Assembly: GCA_963814395.1 (NCBI GenBank)
Contig: CAWFCS010000033.1
Coordinates: 244,520 to 308,519 of the forward strand
Reading direction: 5' to 3'
DNA from: an uncultured Acidobacteriota bacterium
GTDB taxonomy: Bacteria > Acidobacteriota > Vicinamibacteria > Vicinamibacterales > UBA2999
Length of the DNA: 64,000 nt
Position 1 is the first letter of the stretch, and each line of letters starts with the position of its first letter. Shown here in pieces: positions 50,081 through 61,223 of the stretch. A program made the translations under genes and the position numbers. The notes under the pieces were generated by a model. It searched no databases. It was not told the origin of the DNA and saw only the letters and a list, made by a program, of their open reading frames with translations.

Positions 50081-52586
50081 ATGGACGCCACGCGGTGGCA
50101 GCGCGTCGAGCAGTTGTTCCACCAGGCGCTCGAGCTGCGCGCCGAGGCGCGCGACGCCTACCTGCACGCCGCCTGCGGTGACGATCGCGCGCTGCGCGCC
50201 GAGGTGGAGTCGCTGCTGGCGCAGGCCCCCCACAGCGACCGGTTCCTGAACGTGCCGGCGCTGGAACTGGCGGCCGCCACGAACGCGCCCGTTGACGCGC
50301 CGCCTCGTCGGCCGCGCCGTCGCTCGACGGGCCGGGGCCCGACCGCCGCACCGTGCGCGTCGGCGATCGCGTGGATCACTACCGCGTGCTGCGCAAGCTG
50401 GGCGAAGGCGGCATGGGCGTGGTGTTCGAGGCCGAAGACGAACGCCTCGGCCGGCGCGTGGCGCTGAAGGTGCTGCGCCACGACGGCGCAGATCCGCAGG
50501 CGCGCGAGCGGCTCATCCGCGAAGCCCGCGTGGCGGCGAGCGTGGTGCATCCGCTCATCTGTCAGGTCTACGCGCTGGGCACGCTCGGATCGTCGCCGTT
50601 CATCGCCATGGAACTGGTGGAAGGGGAATCGCTGGCCGAGCGGCTGGCGCGCGGGCCCGTGCCGGCCGACCGAGGCCCTGCGCCTGGCGGTCACCGTGCT
50701 CGAGGCCCTGGCCGTGCTGCACCGGCACGGCGTGGTGCATCGCGACCTCAAGCCCTCGAACATGTTCCTCGGCCGTCACGGCCTGAAGCTGCTCGACTTC
50801 GGCCTGGCGCGGCCGTGCACGCGGCGACCGGACGTCACCGGCGAGCCGCTCACGGCCGCCGGCATGTTCGTGGGCACGCCGCAGTACGCCTCGCCCGAAC
50901 AGCTCCTGGGGCGGCCGGTGGACGCGCGCTCCGATCTGTTCTCGGCCGCGGCGATCGTCTTCGAGATGCTGGTGGGCCGGCCGCCCTTCAGCGGCGCCAC
51001 GCTGGCCGCGCTGGCGCACGCCGTGCTCTACGAGGCCACGCCGGTGCTCACCGGATCGGCCGCGGTGACCGCCGCCGATCGCGTGCTGCACCGCGCGCTG
51101 GCCAAGGCGCCAGACGACCGCTACGCCACGGCCGAGGCGTTTGCCGCCGATCTCGGCCTCCGCGCTGGCGCTCGTGGACAGCGGCCAGATCGTGGACGCG
51201 CGTCCCATCCTGCGCCTGGCGGTGCTGCCGTTCCGGATGCTCAAGCCCGACCCGGCGGCCGACTACCTGGGGTCGAGCCTGGCCGACGCGCTGGCCAGCG
51301 CGCTCACCGGCCTCGAGTCGCTGGTCGTGCGCTCCACGCTCAAGTCGGCCCGCTACTCACAGCCGCCGCTCGACCTGGAGCGCATCGCCGCCGACCTGGC
51401 CGTGGACGTCGTGCTCACAGGATCGCTGCTCGTGTCGCCGCGCCAGGTGCGGGTCACCGCCGAACTCGTGTCGGTGCCGGCGGGCGACGTGTGGTGGTCG
51501 CACGTCACCGACGCGGCCCACGACGGCGTGCTGGAGCTGCACGACGACATCGCCCGCCGGGTGCTCGCGGCGCTGCCGCTGAGCGCCCGCGACCACAGCG
51601 CGCGCGCCGCCGGCGCGGGCGGCCAACGAGAAGGCCTTCGATCTCTACCTGCGCGGCATGCAGTTGCGGGCCGAGGCCGGCGCCTGGCGGCAGGCCCAGC
51701 GTTCTTCGTGCAGAGCCTGCAGCACGACCCGACGTTTGCCGCGGCGTGGGCCGAGCGCGGACGCCTCGAGCGCATCCTCGGCAAGTACGAGGACGCCGAC
51801 GGCGCTGGCCCGAGGCCGAGTCGTCGTTTCGCCAGGCCCTGGCGCTCGACCCCGATCACGGCGCCGCCCAGCACTACTACGCGCAGCTCGAGATCGACCT
51901 CGGGCGCGTCGACGCCTCGCTGGCGCGCCTGCTCGATCGCGCCTGGCAGCGGCGCGCCGAGCCGCACATCTACGCGGCGCTGGTGCACGCCTGCCGCTAC
52001 GGCGGCCTGCTCGACGCCTCGGTGGCCGCGCACCGCACCGCGGCGCGGCTCGACCCGACGGTGCCGACGAGCGTGCTGCACACCTACTACATGCAGGGCG
52101 ACTTCGCGCGCGGGCTGGAAGAGGCGCACCGCAGCAGCGATCCGTTCGAGGCGCGCCTGCTCGGCGCCATGGGCCGTCGCGACGAGGCGCTGGCGGCGGC
52201 CCGGCGCGAAGAGACGCGCTTTGCCGCCGTGCCGCTGCTGCGCGCGTTCTCCACCGGCATGCGGGCGGCGCTCGAGGGCCATCGTGACGAAGCCCTGGCG
52301 GCGCTGCAGCACTTCGACGGCGTCCCGCTTCGTCGACGGCGAGGGCCTGTTCTACGTGGCCGAAATCTTCGCCATGCTCGACCTGCCCGAGCGCGCGTGT
52401 GCCATGCTGACGCGGGCCGTCGACGCCGGGTTCCTGTGCCTGCCGGCCTTCGAACGCGACGTCTACCTGGCGCCGCTGCGCGACAGCGACGCCTGGCGCG
52501 GCCTCGTGGCGCGTCTCACCGTGGCGCAAACGGTGGTGTCGCGCGAGTTCGATCGCAGCCGCGGCCGCGCGCTGCTCGGGCTCTGA
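50081..52586 (+). CDS. Ser/Thr kinase with TolB-N-like and TPR domains (ECF-associated type); several frameshifts
   Basis: RWQRVEQLF..ALEL...EVESLL N-terminus; LGEGGMGVV, HRDLKPSN, DFGLA, GTPQYASPEQ, LAVLPF; helical repeats. No TM seen. Confidence 0.88.
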
Positions 52587-52612
52587 CGGCCGCGGCGCCC
52601 GGTGGCGCGCAC

Positions 52613-53219
52613 TCAGGGCGCGGCCGGCGTGTCGCCCGCGAGTTCCCGCAGCAGCCACGCCTTGGCAAACGCCCAGTCGCGCATCACCGTGTCTGGCCGA
52701 GACGCCGAGCACCTCGGCGGTTTCGTTCACGGTGAGCCCGCCGAAGAAGCGCAGCTCCACCACCTGGCTCTTGCGCGCGTCCTCGGCGGCGAGCGCGTCG
52801 AGCGCGTCGTGCAGCGCCACGAGGTCGTGACCCGGCGTGGGCGACGCCACCTCCACGTCATCGAGCGGCACCACCGGCATGCGGCCGCCGCGCTTCTGAT
52901 AGCCCTTGGCGCGGGCCATGTCCACCAGGATGCGACGCATGGTGCGCGCCGACACGGCCAGGAAGTGCGCGCGGCTCTGCCAGCGCACGTGCTTCACGCC
53001 CACCAGCCGCAGGTAGGCCTCGTTCACGAGCGCGGTGGGCTGCAGCGTGTGGCCCGGACGCTCGCCGCGCATGTAGCGCGCCGCCACTTGTCGCAGCTCG
53101 CGTTCCACGAGCGGCATGAGCTCGCGCAACGCGTCTTCGTTGCCCTCGCCCCAGGCCTGGAGCAGGGCGGTGACGTGGGCGGGAGACGGCGGAGGCGGCG
53201 GGTCAGGCTCGGCTGACAT
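52613..53219 (-). CDS. ECF sigma factor of the kinase-associated (ECF43/TIGR02999-like) group; frameshift near 52700
   Basis: VTALL.AW..G, HTLQPTALVNEAYLRL, MRRILVD.AR, VELRFFGGLT..ETA, TVMRDW.FAKAWL. Confidence 0.9.
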
Positions 53220-53333
53220 CCAGGGACCGCCGTGCATTGTAGTGCGCCGGCGCGCATGCCAGTTCCCGCGCCGTGGTTCCCGCCTTACAGAGATGACGGC
53301 GGCATTCGCCGCCCTCATTCCGAGGAGCACACC

Positions 53334-53708
53334 ATGTCGCAGCACACCGCCGAGAAGGCCGAAGTCGTGTCGTTCGGCCGCCCCCACGAGATCCGCGCGT
53401 TCCCGAAGGGCAAGCTGGAACTCGTAACCATCGGCGGCGCCACCGTGGGCCGTGGCGTGTTCGAGCCCGGCTGGCGCTGGTCCACGTCGGTGCAGCCGCT
53501 GGCCAAGACGCGGAGTTGCGAGGCGCCACACTTCCAGTTCCACGTGTCGGGCGTGCTGCGCGTGCTGATGGACGACGGCAGCGAGTTCGACTGCCGCCCC
53601 GGCGACGTGTCGCTGCTGCCGATGGGGCACGATGCGTGGGTGGTGGGCGACGAGCCGGCCGTGGTGGTGGATTTCCAGGGCATGCTCGACTTCGCCCGCG
53701 CCCGCTAG
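53334..53708 (+). CDS. Cupin-domain protein
   Basis: GAGGAG RBS; FEPGWRWS...CEAPH...GD...P.GHDAWVVGDEP. Confidence 0.85.
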   Translation: MSQHTAEKAEVVSFGRPHEIRAFPKGKLELVTIGGATVGRGVFEPGWRWSTSVQPLAKTRSCEAPHFQFHVSGVLRVLMDDGSEFDCRPGDVSLLPMGHDAWVVGDEPAVVVDFQGMLDFARAR

Positions 53709-53775
53709 CCCGCTCGTGCCGCGTGGGGCGGATGTGGCCTTGCCCCTCACGGGCGGCCGTAGTAGGGTGCGCGTG

Positions 53776-54713
53776 ATGCGCAATCGTCTTGCCGTGGTCC
53801 TCACGGTGTGCGTCTTGTCACTCGGCCCCGCGATGGTTCCTCGGCGCAGCCCGCGGCCACCGCGCCGCCGGGTGGCTGGCCCGTGGTGACCGTGCACGGC
53901 GAGACGTGGAATCAGCAACAACTGCTGCAGCGCAATCTGGGCGGACGCGACGACCAGACCACGGCGTTTCCGCCGCACCGCGTGGCCGGCAACATCTACT
54001 ACGTGGGCTCCAACAGCCTGGCCTCGTACCTCATCGCCACGCCGCAGGGCCTCATCCTGATCAACAGCTCGTACGAGCGAAGCGTGCCGGTGATCCAGAA
54101 GTCGGTCGAGGCGCTCGGCTTCAAGTTCTCGGACATCAAGATTCTGCTCGGCAGCCACGCGCATGGCGATCACATGGAAGGCGACGCGGCCGTGAAGGCG
54201 CTGAGCGGCGCGCAGGTGGTGGCCATGGCGGAAGATGTGCCGGCGCTGGAACGGATGCGGCCTGGCGGGAAGCCCCATCCCATCGACCGCGTCATTCACG
54301 ATGGCGACACCGTGACGCTCGGTGGCACCACGCTGGTGGCGCACCTCACGCCGGGGCATTCGCGCGGTTGCACCACGTGGACGCTGAAAGTGACGGAGGC
54401 TGGACGCGTGCTCGACGTGGTGATCGTGGGCAGCCTGGGCGTGAACCCTGGCTTTCAGCTGGTGAACAACGCCGAGGTGCCGGCGATTGCCGACGAGTTC
54501 CGGCGCGCCTTCACGGCATCGCGCGCGCTGCCCTGCGACGTGCCGCTGGCCTCGCACCCGGCCATGTACAAGATGGCCGAGAAGCACGCGCGGCTCGCCG
54601 CGGGCGGCGCGAATCCGTTCATCGATCCGGCTGGCTACGTGGGGGAACTGGACCTGACCGAGGCCATGTTCCAGGCGGTGCTGGCCGCGCAGACGAAGCT
54701 GGCGGGGAAGTAA
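53776..54713 (+). CDS. Subclass B3 metallo-beta-lactamase-like protein; frameshift in the signal region
   Basis: GNIYYVG, SYLI.T..G.ILI, SHAHGDH, TPGHSRGCTTW, LASH. Confidence 0.88.
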
Positions 54714-54735
54714 GGCGGCCTCTTGCTTCAGGTAG

Positions 54736-56031
54736 TCAGGGCAGCGGCGCGCTCCATCGTCGACCGATGGCATTCAGTCGATTTGTCGTCGCCGAGTCGG
54801 GATCGACATCGGGTGAGCGGTTGCCGGGCTGGCGATCGAACGCGATGCGGGTGGCGTCACGGTCGAATGCCGTAGGCTCGAGCAGAGCCGTCGCATTCAT
54901 CACCGAGAGTGCCGCCGTCACATGGCGGTAGCCGAGCGCGTGCCCCAGCTCGTGTACACGAAGCGAGCGCACGAACGGGCTGCCGCTCCGCTGGAAACCG
55001 CTGTCGAGGAGGAGGAGGCCCGCGGTGACCGTGCCGTCTCCCCGCGAGCTCCAGCGGCCGTAGCCCCACGACCCCGTCGCCGCCTGCAGGCCGGCGACCC
55101 AACTCACCGTGATCACGCCATCGCTCCACAGGTCGACGACGGATCGGGCCGCACTCACGTCGATCCGCACACTCGAGAACTCCCTGAATGCGCGTCCGGT
55201 CATCGGTGCGAGCGCTCGGTTGAGATCGGCAAGCACCGCGTCGGTTTCTGCGGGCGACATCATGTCGTCGAGCGTCGTACCGTCCAGCATCTCCGCGTCG
55301 GTGAACTGCACCACGCGCCGTTCGATGACGAGTGCAGGTGCGGAGGTCCACCGGGTGAGCTCCGGCGCGCGAAACATCTCATCGAAGGCGTCCAGGTCGA
55401 AGGCTGTTGCGATCAGCGAGATGATCGCGTTGGCGCCAGGCACCCGAACGCCGGTTCGGCGCTCCACCACGTTCGCGCCGGTGAAGACCAGCCGCCGGGC
55501 CTCCGGCGACGTGTCTGTGGTGATCAGCTGGAACGCGCCCGTGGCGTCGGTCGGCGCGCCCGACACGCCTGGACCCACGAAGGCAATGTCACCCAGCCCT
55601 GCGCGAGTGAGCGCATCGACGGCCCTGCCGTTGGTCACGAGCGGCACGACTGGGACCGACGAAGCCTGCAACCCGAAGTCCGTGGTCAGATCTGCGGTCA
55701 GCCTCACGTGTGTCGTCGCCGAGTCGTACCCGGTGGCCGACGCAACCAACGTCATGTCGCCTGGTAGCAATTGGCCAAACGCGTACCGCCCATCGGCTGT
55801 GGCCAGGGCCGACTCGCCGGCATTCACGCCGGCCACAACGTCGACTCTCGCCAGGACCGCCGCCGCGCTTGCCGGCACGAGCAGCACCTGACCGCTGAGC
55901 GAATATTGCGTGGCGCCGGGCTCTACATCGGTCGGCGACGGCGACGTCACCGATCGCGAGTCACAGGCCGAGAACAGGAGCGCGGCCACCAGGGTGACCG
56001 CTGCCGACGGTCGGGCGCGACCGACATCCAT
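54736..56031 (-). CDS. Lipoprotein with carboxypeptidase-regulatory-like domain and C-terminal metzincin protease domain
   Basis: GGAGG RBS; LFSAC lipobox; DGRY.F..L.PG...L.ASA.GY; HELGHALGYRH and Met-turn SVMN. Confidence 0.78.
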   Translation of the reverse strand: MDVGRARPSAAVTLVAALLFSACDSRSVTSPSPTDVEPGATQYSLSGQVLLVPASAAAVLARVDVVAGVNAGESALATADGRYAFGQLLPGDMTLVASATGYDSATTHVRLTADLTTDFGLQASSVPVVPLVTNGRAVDALTRAGLGDIAFVGPGVSGAPTDATGAFQLITTDTSPEARRLVFTGANVVERRTGVRVPGANAIISLIATAFDLDAFDEMFRAPELTRWTSAPALVIERRVVQFTDAEMLDGTTLDDMMSPAETDAVLADLNRALAPMTGRAFREFSSVRIDVSAARSVVDLWSDGVITVSWVAGLQAATGSWGYGRWSSRGDGTVTAGLLLLDSGFQRSGSPFVRSLRVHELGHALGYRHVTAALSVMNATALLEPTAFDRDATRIAFDRQPGNRSPDVDPDSATTNRLNAIGRRWSAPLP

Positions 56032-56325
56032 ACATCCTCCTCGTCGGCAGAGAGACACGGCAGCTGGGTGGGTCATGTGTCCGAGTGGCGCCTCTGCTAC
56101 CTGAGTGGAAGCGCGTTGCCCTCTTGTGGACATCCGGTGCCACATCTGCGGTCCGGTCGTGGCGTTCAGGCGTCCTTCTCCACTGTGTTTTTCAATACGC
56201 ATGCCATCGCCCGAGAGGCGAACCCTCCATCCAGTCGCGCGCGGTCCCACCAACGACCCCAGGAAAAGCACTCGCCGGCCCCGTGGCCGTGGAACACCGC
56301 CGTGTCTGGCCGCGTCTGTGAGCGC

Positions 56326-57558
56326 ATGACACGTCCCGTGCTCGCGGCGCTCGCCACTGCACTCGGTGCCGCGGTGATGGGCGCGCAGAGCCGTTCGATG
56401 GATGACATGCTCACGTCCGTGCGGCAGCCGATCGCCGTGCGCGGCGGACGGCTCGAAGGCCCCGGTGCCGCCGTCATGCGCGCCGCCATGAAGGACGCGC
56501 CATTCGTGCTCATCGGCGAGGACCATGGGCTGGTCGAGGTTCCGGCGTTCTCGTCGGCCGTGTTTCGCGAGCTGGCCCCGCGCGGTGTGCGCGACGTGGT
56601 TGTGGAAGTGGGGCCCGAAGCGGGCCGGCGCCTCACGCGCCTGCTCGGCAGCGCCGACCCCGTGGCCGAGACGCGGGCCTGGCTGCAGCGCTACCCGTTC
56701 AGCCTGGCCTTCTACGATCTGCAGCAGGAGCTGACGTTTCTGCGCGACGCGCGGGCGGCCGCCGGCCCGAACCTCCGCGTCACCGGCGTGGACCAGGAGC
56801 TGATGGGCGCGAGCCGGATGCTGCTCGAGTCGCTCGCCACGAAAGACGCGGCGCTGCCCGGGTTGCTGGCGCAGGAGCAGGCAGCCTACGAGCACGCGGC
56901 CTCGAGCGGCAATCCGTTGGACCTGTTCATGCTCAGCGGCCCGGCCGAGGCGCTGGGCGCATTGCGCGACCGGCTCACCGCGGGGAGGCACTCGCGCGAC
57001 GCGGCGCTTGTGACGTCGCTGCTCGACAGCCGGAACATCTACGCGCTGAATGCGCAGTCGGGACTCGTGAGCAACCTCACGCGCGCCGCCCTGATGAAGC
57101 GCAACTACGTGGCGCAGCTCCCGGCCGACCTGCGCGCCAGTCCGCCGCCCGCCCTCTTCAAGTTCGGGGCATTCCACGTGATGAAGGGGCTGAACACGCT
57201 CAACAGCCGCGAGATCGGCAACTACATCGCGGAAGTGGCTGACGGGATGGGCACGCCGTCGTTGCACATCCTGATCATGGCGGTGAAGGGCAACCAGCGG
57301 CGCTTCGCCGGTGTGGGCAAGCCGTTCGTCGTCGCACCGGTGGATCAGGTGGGGCCGGGCGTGTCGGATTTCCCCTACGCCAAGCCACTCTTCGAGCGCG
57401 CGCTGGGCGAACAGGGCTGGTCCCTCTTCGACTTTCGCGAGCTGCGCCGGTGGGCCATCGGCCAGCGCGACCTCGACCCACGCCTGCTGCGGCTGTTCTT
57501 CGGATTCGATGTCGCGGTGTTGATTCCCGAGGGCACGCCGAGCGATCAGATTCAGTAG
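56326..57558 (+). CDS. Exported hypothetical protein, EreA/ChaN (Tiki superfamily)-like
   Basis: Signal peptide; FVLIGEDHG, VVEVG, GVDQE, KFGAFH. Confidence 0.6.
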   Translation: MTRPVLAALATALGAAVMGAQSRSMDDMLTSVRQPIAVRGGRLEGPGAAVMRAAMKDAPFVLIGEDHGLVEVPAFSSAVFRELAPRGVRDVVVEVGPEAGRRLTRLLGSADPVAETRAWLQRYPFSLAFYDLQQELTFLRDARAAAGPNLRVTGVDQELMGASRMLLESLATKDAALPGLLAQEQAAYEHAASSGNPLDLFMLSGPAEALGALRDRLTAGRHSRDAALVTSLLDSRNIYALNAQSGLVSNLTRAALMKRNYVAQLPADLRASPPPALFKFGAFHVMKGLNTLNSREIGNYIAEVADGMGTPSLHILIMAVKGNQRRFAGVGKPFVVAPVDQVGPGVSDFPYAKPLFERALGEQGWSLFDFRELRRWAIGQRDLDPRLLRLFFGFDVAVLIPEGTPSDQIQ

Positions 57559-57657
57559 GCCGCAGTACGGGAGCTGATCCAGGCGTCAGACGCATGCGCG
57601 CGTGGGCGGCGCTGCTGTCCTCCAGCCTGATCTTCCCGTCTATAATCACCCGCACCC

Positions 57658-60442
57658 GTGGCCCTCATTCCCGGTACCCGTCTCGGCGTCTACGAGATCA
57701 CCGCGCAGATCGGCGCCGGGGGGATGGGCGAAGTCTACCGCGCCACCGACGGCAATCTGAAACGTCAGGTCGCAATCAAGGTGCTGCCCGCCGCGGTGGC
57801 CGGCGATGCGGATCGCCTGGCGCGCTTCCAGCGCGAAGCCGAAGTGCTCGCCGCACTCAACCATCCGAACATTGCGCAGATCTTCGGGTTGGAGAGGACG
57901 CCAGACCTCACCGCCCTCGTGATGGAACTCGTCGAAGGCGACGACCTGTCACAACGGATCGCCCGTCTCCGCGCTCCGGGCGCGTCGGCGAGGCAGGCAG
58001 GCATGCCGCTCGATGAGGCGCTGCCCATCGCGACGCAGATCGCCGAGGCGCTCGAGGCCGCACACGAACAGGGGATCATTCACCGCGATCTCAAGCCCGC
58101 CAACATCAAGGTCCGCGCTGATGGCACCGTGAAAGTGCTCGACTTCGGTCTCGCCAAAGCGCTCGACGCGCACGCGTCGAGCGCGACGGCGGAGGCCATG
58201 AACTCGCCCACGATCACGTCGCCCGCGCAGATGACAGGCGTGGGCATGATCCTCGGCACGGCGGCGTATATGAGTCCCGAGCAGGCGAAGGGACGGGCCG
58301 TCGATCGGCGCGCGGATGTCTGGGCATTTGGCGCGGTGCTCTTCGAGATGCTCACGGCCCAACGGGCCTTCGCTGGCGACGACGTCTCCGACACGCTCGC
58401 CAACGTGCTGAAGATGGAGCCTGAGTGGGAGCGGCTGCCTGCGGACCTCCCTCCGCGCGTGCGGCAGGTGCTGCGCGCCTGCCTGCAGAAGCACGCGAAG
58501 CAGCGCCTCGGCGACATGCAGGACGTGCGGCTCGCGCTCGACGGCGCGTTCGAGACCGCCGGATCTCAGGCGGTGGCACAGGCGGGCCCTGCCACGCCGC
58601 CGTGGCGCCGCGCGCTGCCATGGCGGCCGCGGTGGTGCTGACGGCTGCCGTCGTGGGCGGCGTGGCATGGGGGCTCAGGCCTGCACCAGCCCCGCCCGCG
58701 CCGGTCGCGCAGTTCTCGATCGCGGTGCCTGACCGCGGAGTCACTACCGGTATCGCCATGTCGCCGGATGGCACGCGGATGGCCTTTGGTGCGCGCGGCG
58801 TAGGACTTGGTGCGCGCGGCGTAGGACTCTACCTTCGCGCCATCGGTGATGTGGAGGCACACCTCATCCCCGGACAGGCTCCAGGTTTTGCTCCCGTTGG
58901 TGTCGCGTTCTCGCCCGATGGCGAGTCCGTGGTCTTCTATAGCACTGCAGACGGTTCGCTCAAGCGCATCCCGGTGGCAGGCGGGCAGGCGCTGACGATT
59001 GCCCAGGGCACTCAACAACCGAGTGGCCTCACGTGGGGCGAGGGCGGCATCGTGTTCGGCCAGGATGCCGCCGGCGTGTTCCGCGTGTCCCCCAATGGGG
59101 GGAAGCCGGAACCGCTGGCCACCGTCGAAGCCGGCGAAGTGGCCTACGGTCCGCAGCTGCTGCCCGGAGGCACGGCCGTGATGTTCACGGTGGCCAGCAA
59201 CATCAACAACGTCGTTGTCGATCGATGGGACACGGCGCACATCGTCGTGCAGTCGCTCACCTCGGGCGAACGCCGCACCATCATCAAGGGCGGCGCCGAC
59301 GCCAGGTATCTCCCCACCGGCCACGTCGTCTATGCGGTGGCAGGCACGCTGTTCGCGGTGGCCTTCGATGCCGACACGCTGACCGTCCGTGGAAACCCGG
59401 TGGCGGTGGTCACGGGGGTCAGGCGCGGACCTGATGGCTCGGCAAGTGTGGCCGTCTCGAACAGCGGCTCTCTGTTGTTCGTCCCGGGCCCCGTAGAGCG
59501 GTCCATCGCGGCCTTGCGAGTACCGACCCTGGCGCGCCGCAACGGCAAGACGGAACCTCTGGCCCTTCCCCCCGGGTCGTATCGGCGCCCCAGGGTGTCG
59601 CCGGATGGCAAGCGCCTCGCCGTGGGCATCGACGAGGGCGCGAGTGCAGAGGTGTGGATTTACGACCTGTCCGGCACCACCGCGATGCGGCGCCTCACAT
59701 TCGGAGGCCGTAACCGATTTCCGGTCTGGTCCTCCGATGGACGCCGGCTGGCGTTCCAGTCCGACCGCGACGGCACCCCGTCGATCTACGTGCAGAATGC
59801 CGACGGTGGTGGTGCCGCCGAGCGCCTCACCACGACTGCGCAGGGCGTGGTGCACACACCCGATTCGTGGTCGCCCGACGGACGCACGCTCCTCTTCTCG
59901 GAGCTAAAGGGTGACACGTTCTCCCTGATGGCGTTGGCCATCAGCGAGCAGCGCGCGGTGACATTTGGTGGTGTGCAGTCGCTGCAACCTGTCGACGCGG
60001 TGTTTTCCCCTGATGGACGCTGGGTGGCATACGCCTCGTCGCCTGTGGCCGGCGGACTACTGTCGGTAGATCGGGGATCTTCGTGCAGCCCTTTCCGGCC
60101 ACAGGGGCGACTTACCAGGTTCCCAAGACCCGGCTCGATTTTCATCCCACCTGGGCGCCCTCGGGCCGCGAGATCTTCTATGTCCCCACCATCAGCGCCG
60201 CCGAGTTGACGGCCGTCAGCGTGCAGATCCAGCCGAGCCTCACGTTCGGGCCGCCGGCGACCGTGACCGGTGTACCCCAGCCCGCCTTCACCTCCAACCT
60301 GCCTCGGGGGTACGACGTCCTGCCGGATGGAAGCTTCATCAGCCTGGTGCCGGCCGACAACGCGACGAGTGGCGCGGCAGGGTCAGAGATGCGCGTGATT
60401 CTCAACTGGTTCGAGGAACTGAAGCGGCTCGTCCCAAGATAA
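57658..60442 (+). CDS. Ser/Thr kinase with TM helix and TolB/PD40 propeller; frameshifts near 58620 and 60075
   Basis: [35 protein letters not shown]; SPDG repeats; C-terminus VILNWFEELKR. Confidence 0.92.
58786..58827 (+). repeat. Perfect in-frame 21-bp tandem duplication (GARGVGL x2)
   Basis: TTGGTGCGCGCGGCGTAGGAC at 58786-58806 and 58807-58827. Confidence 0.9.
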
Positions 60443-60468
60443 GGCGCTGAGTGCGCGAAGGCGCCGAA

Positions 60469-60771
60469 TCAGGCGTGGACTTCTTCCAGATGCTTCAACG
60501 TCGGCAGTTTCTTGATGGCCTTCCCAGTCTTAGCCTCGGCCAAGCGAAGTTCATACAAGTTCTGGAGGTTGAGCCAAAACTCAGCGCTGGTTCCGAAGAA
60601 GTGCGCCAGGCGCAGGGCGGTGTCTCCGGTGATTGCGCGCTGGCCGTTCAGAATCCCGGTCACCCGATTCGTGGGCACCTCGAGCCGCCTCGCGAGTGCG
60701 GCCGCACTCATCTTCAGGGCCTCGAGCTCTTCAGCCAGGTGCTCCCCTGGGTGAATGGCGATGCGTGACAT
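60469..60771 (-). CDS. higA: HigA-family antitoxin
   Basis: IHPGEHL.EEL...HTH...ITGDTALRL..FFGTSAEFWLNLQ..YEL. Confidence 0.93.
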   Translation of the reverse strand: MSRIAIHPGEHLAEELEALKMSAAALARRLEVPTNRVTGILNGQRAITGDTALRLAHFFGTSAEFWLNLQNLYELRLAEAKTGKAIKKLPTLKHLEEVHA

Positions 60772-60780
60772 GTGTTCTCC

Positions 60781-61065
60781 CTAGTGGTAATCCACGATCT
60801 CCACGTTCATCGGTCCGGGCGATTTCTCTGGCCACTCAAAGCAGATCCGCCATTGGTCGTTGATGCGAATGCTGAACTGGCCCTTGCGGTCGCCCTTCAA
60901 TGCCTCGAAGCGATTGCCGGGCAATGCTGCCAGATCCTTCACCGTGTGGGCCGCCTCGACACGGTCGAGCTTCAAACGGGCGGGCCGTTCAATGCCCGAC
61001 AGCGCCTTGACGCGCTTGCCAGCGGTGAAATCAGCGGTTCGCCTGCCGCGATAGCTGACGATCAC
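60781..61065 (-). CDS. higB: HigB (RelE-like) toxin
   Basis: LPGNRFEALKGDRKGQFSIRINDQWRICF.W...VEIVDYH; lies upstream of higA. Confidence 0.93.
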   Translation of the reverse strand: MIVSYRGRRTADFTAGKRVKALSGIERPARLKLDRVEAAHTVKDLAALPGNRFEALKGDRKGQFSIRINDQWRICFEWPEKSPGPMNVEIVDYH

Positions 61066-61082
61066 TCTTCAGATGTTGACAC

Positions 61083-61110
61083 GAATTATGAGTTACGTCA
61101 CGCATAATTC
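61083..61110. promoter_or_regulatory. 28-bp near-perfect palindrome, likely HigA operator
   Basis: GAATTATGAGTTAC|GTCACGCATAATTC, 12 of 14 pairs match, 17 nt upstream of higB. Confidence 0.75.
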
Positions 61111-61223
61111 TACGTCGCTACCCACACCTGCTCTACGGGTAGGCGCCGCGAGCGCCCGCGGCTGTGTAGGGAGCGGGAGCGCACGATGCGCGTGGGAGGC
61201 GCGGTATATTCGTCACTATATTC

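Noticed and set aside
51645-54773. 1042-aa minus-strand ORF
   Set aside because: It is a shadow frame of the kinase, cupin and lactamase genes; only 53219-~52700 (ECF sigma) is real coding sequence.
56032-57267. N-terminal 412-aa extension of the 843-aa ORF 54736..57267
   Set aside because: It is antisense to the 56326..57558 gene. The real start at 56031 has a GGAGG RBS and a lipobox.
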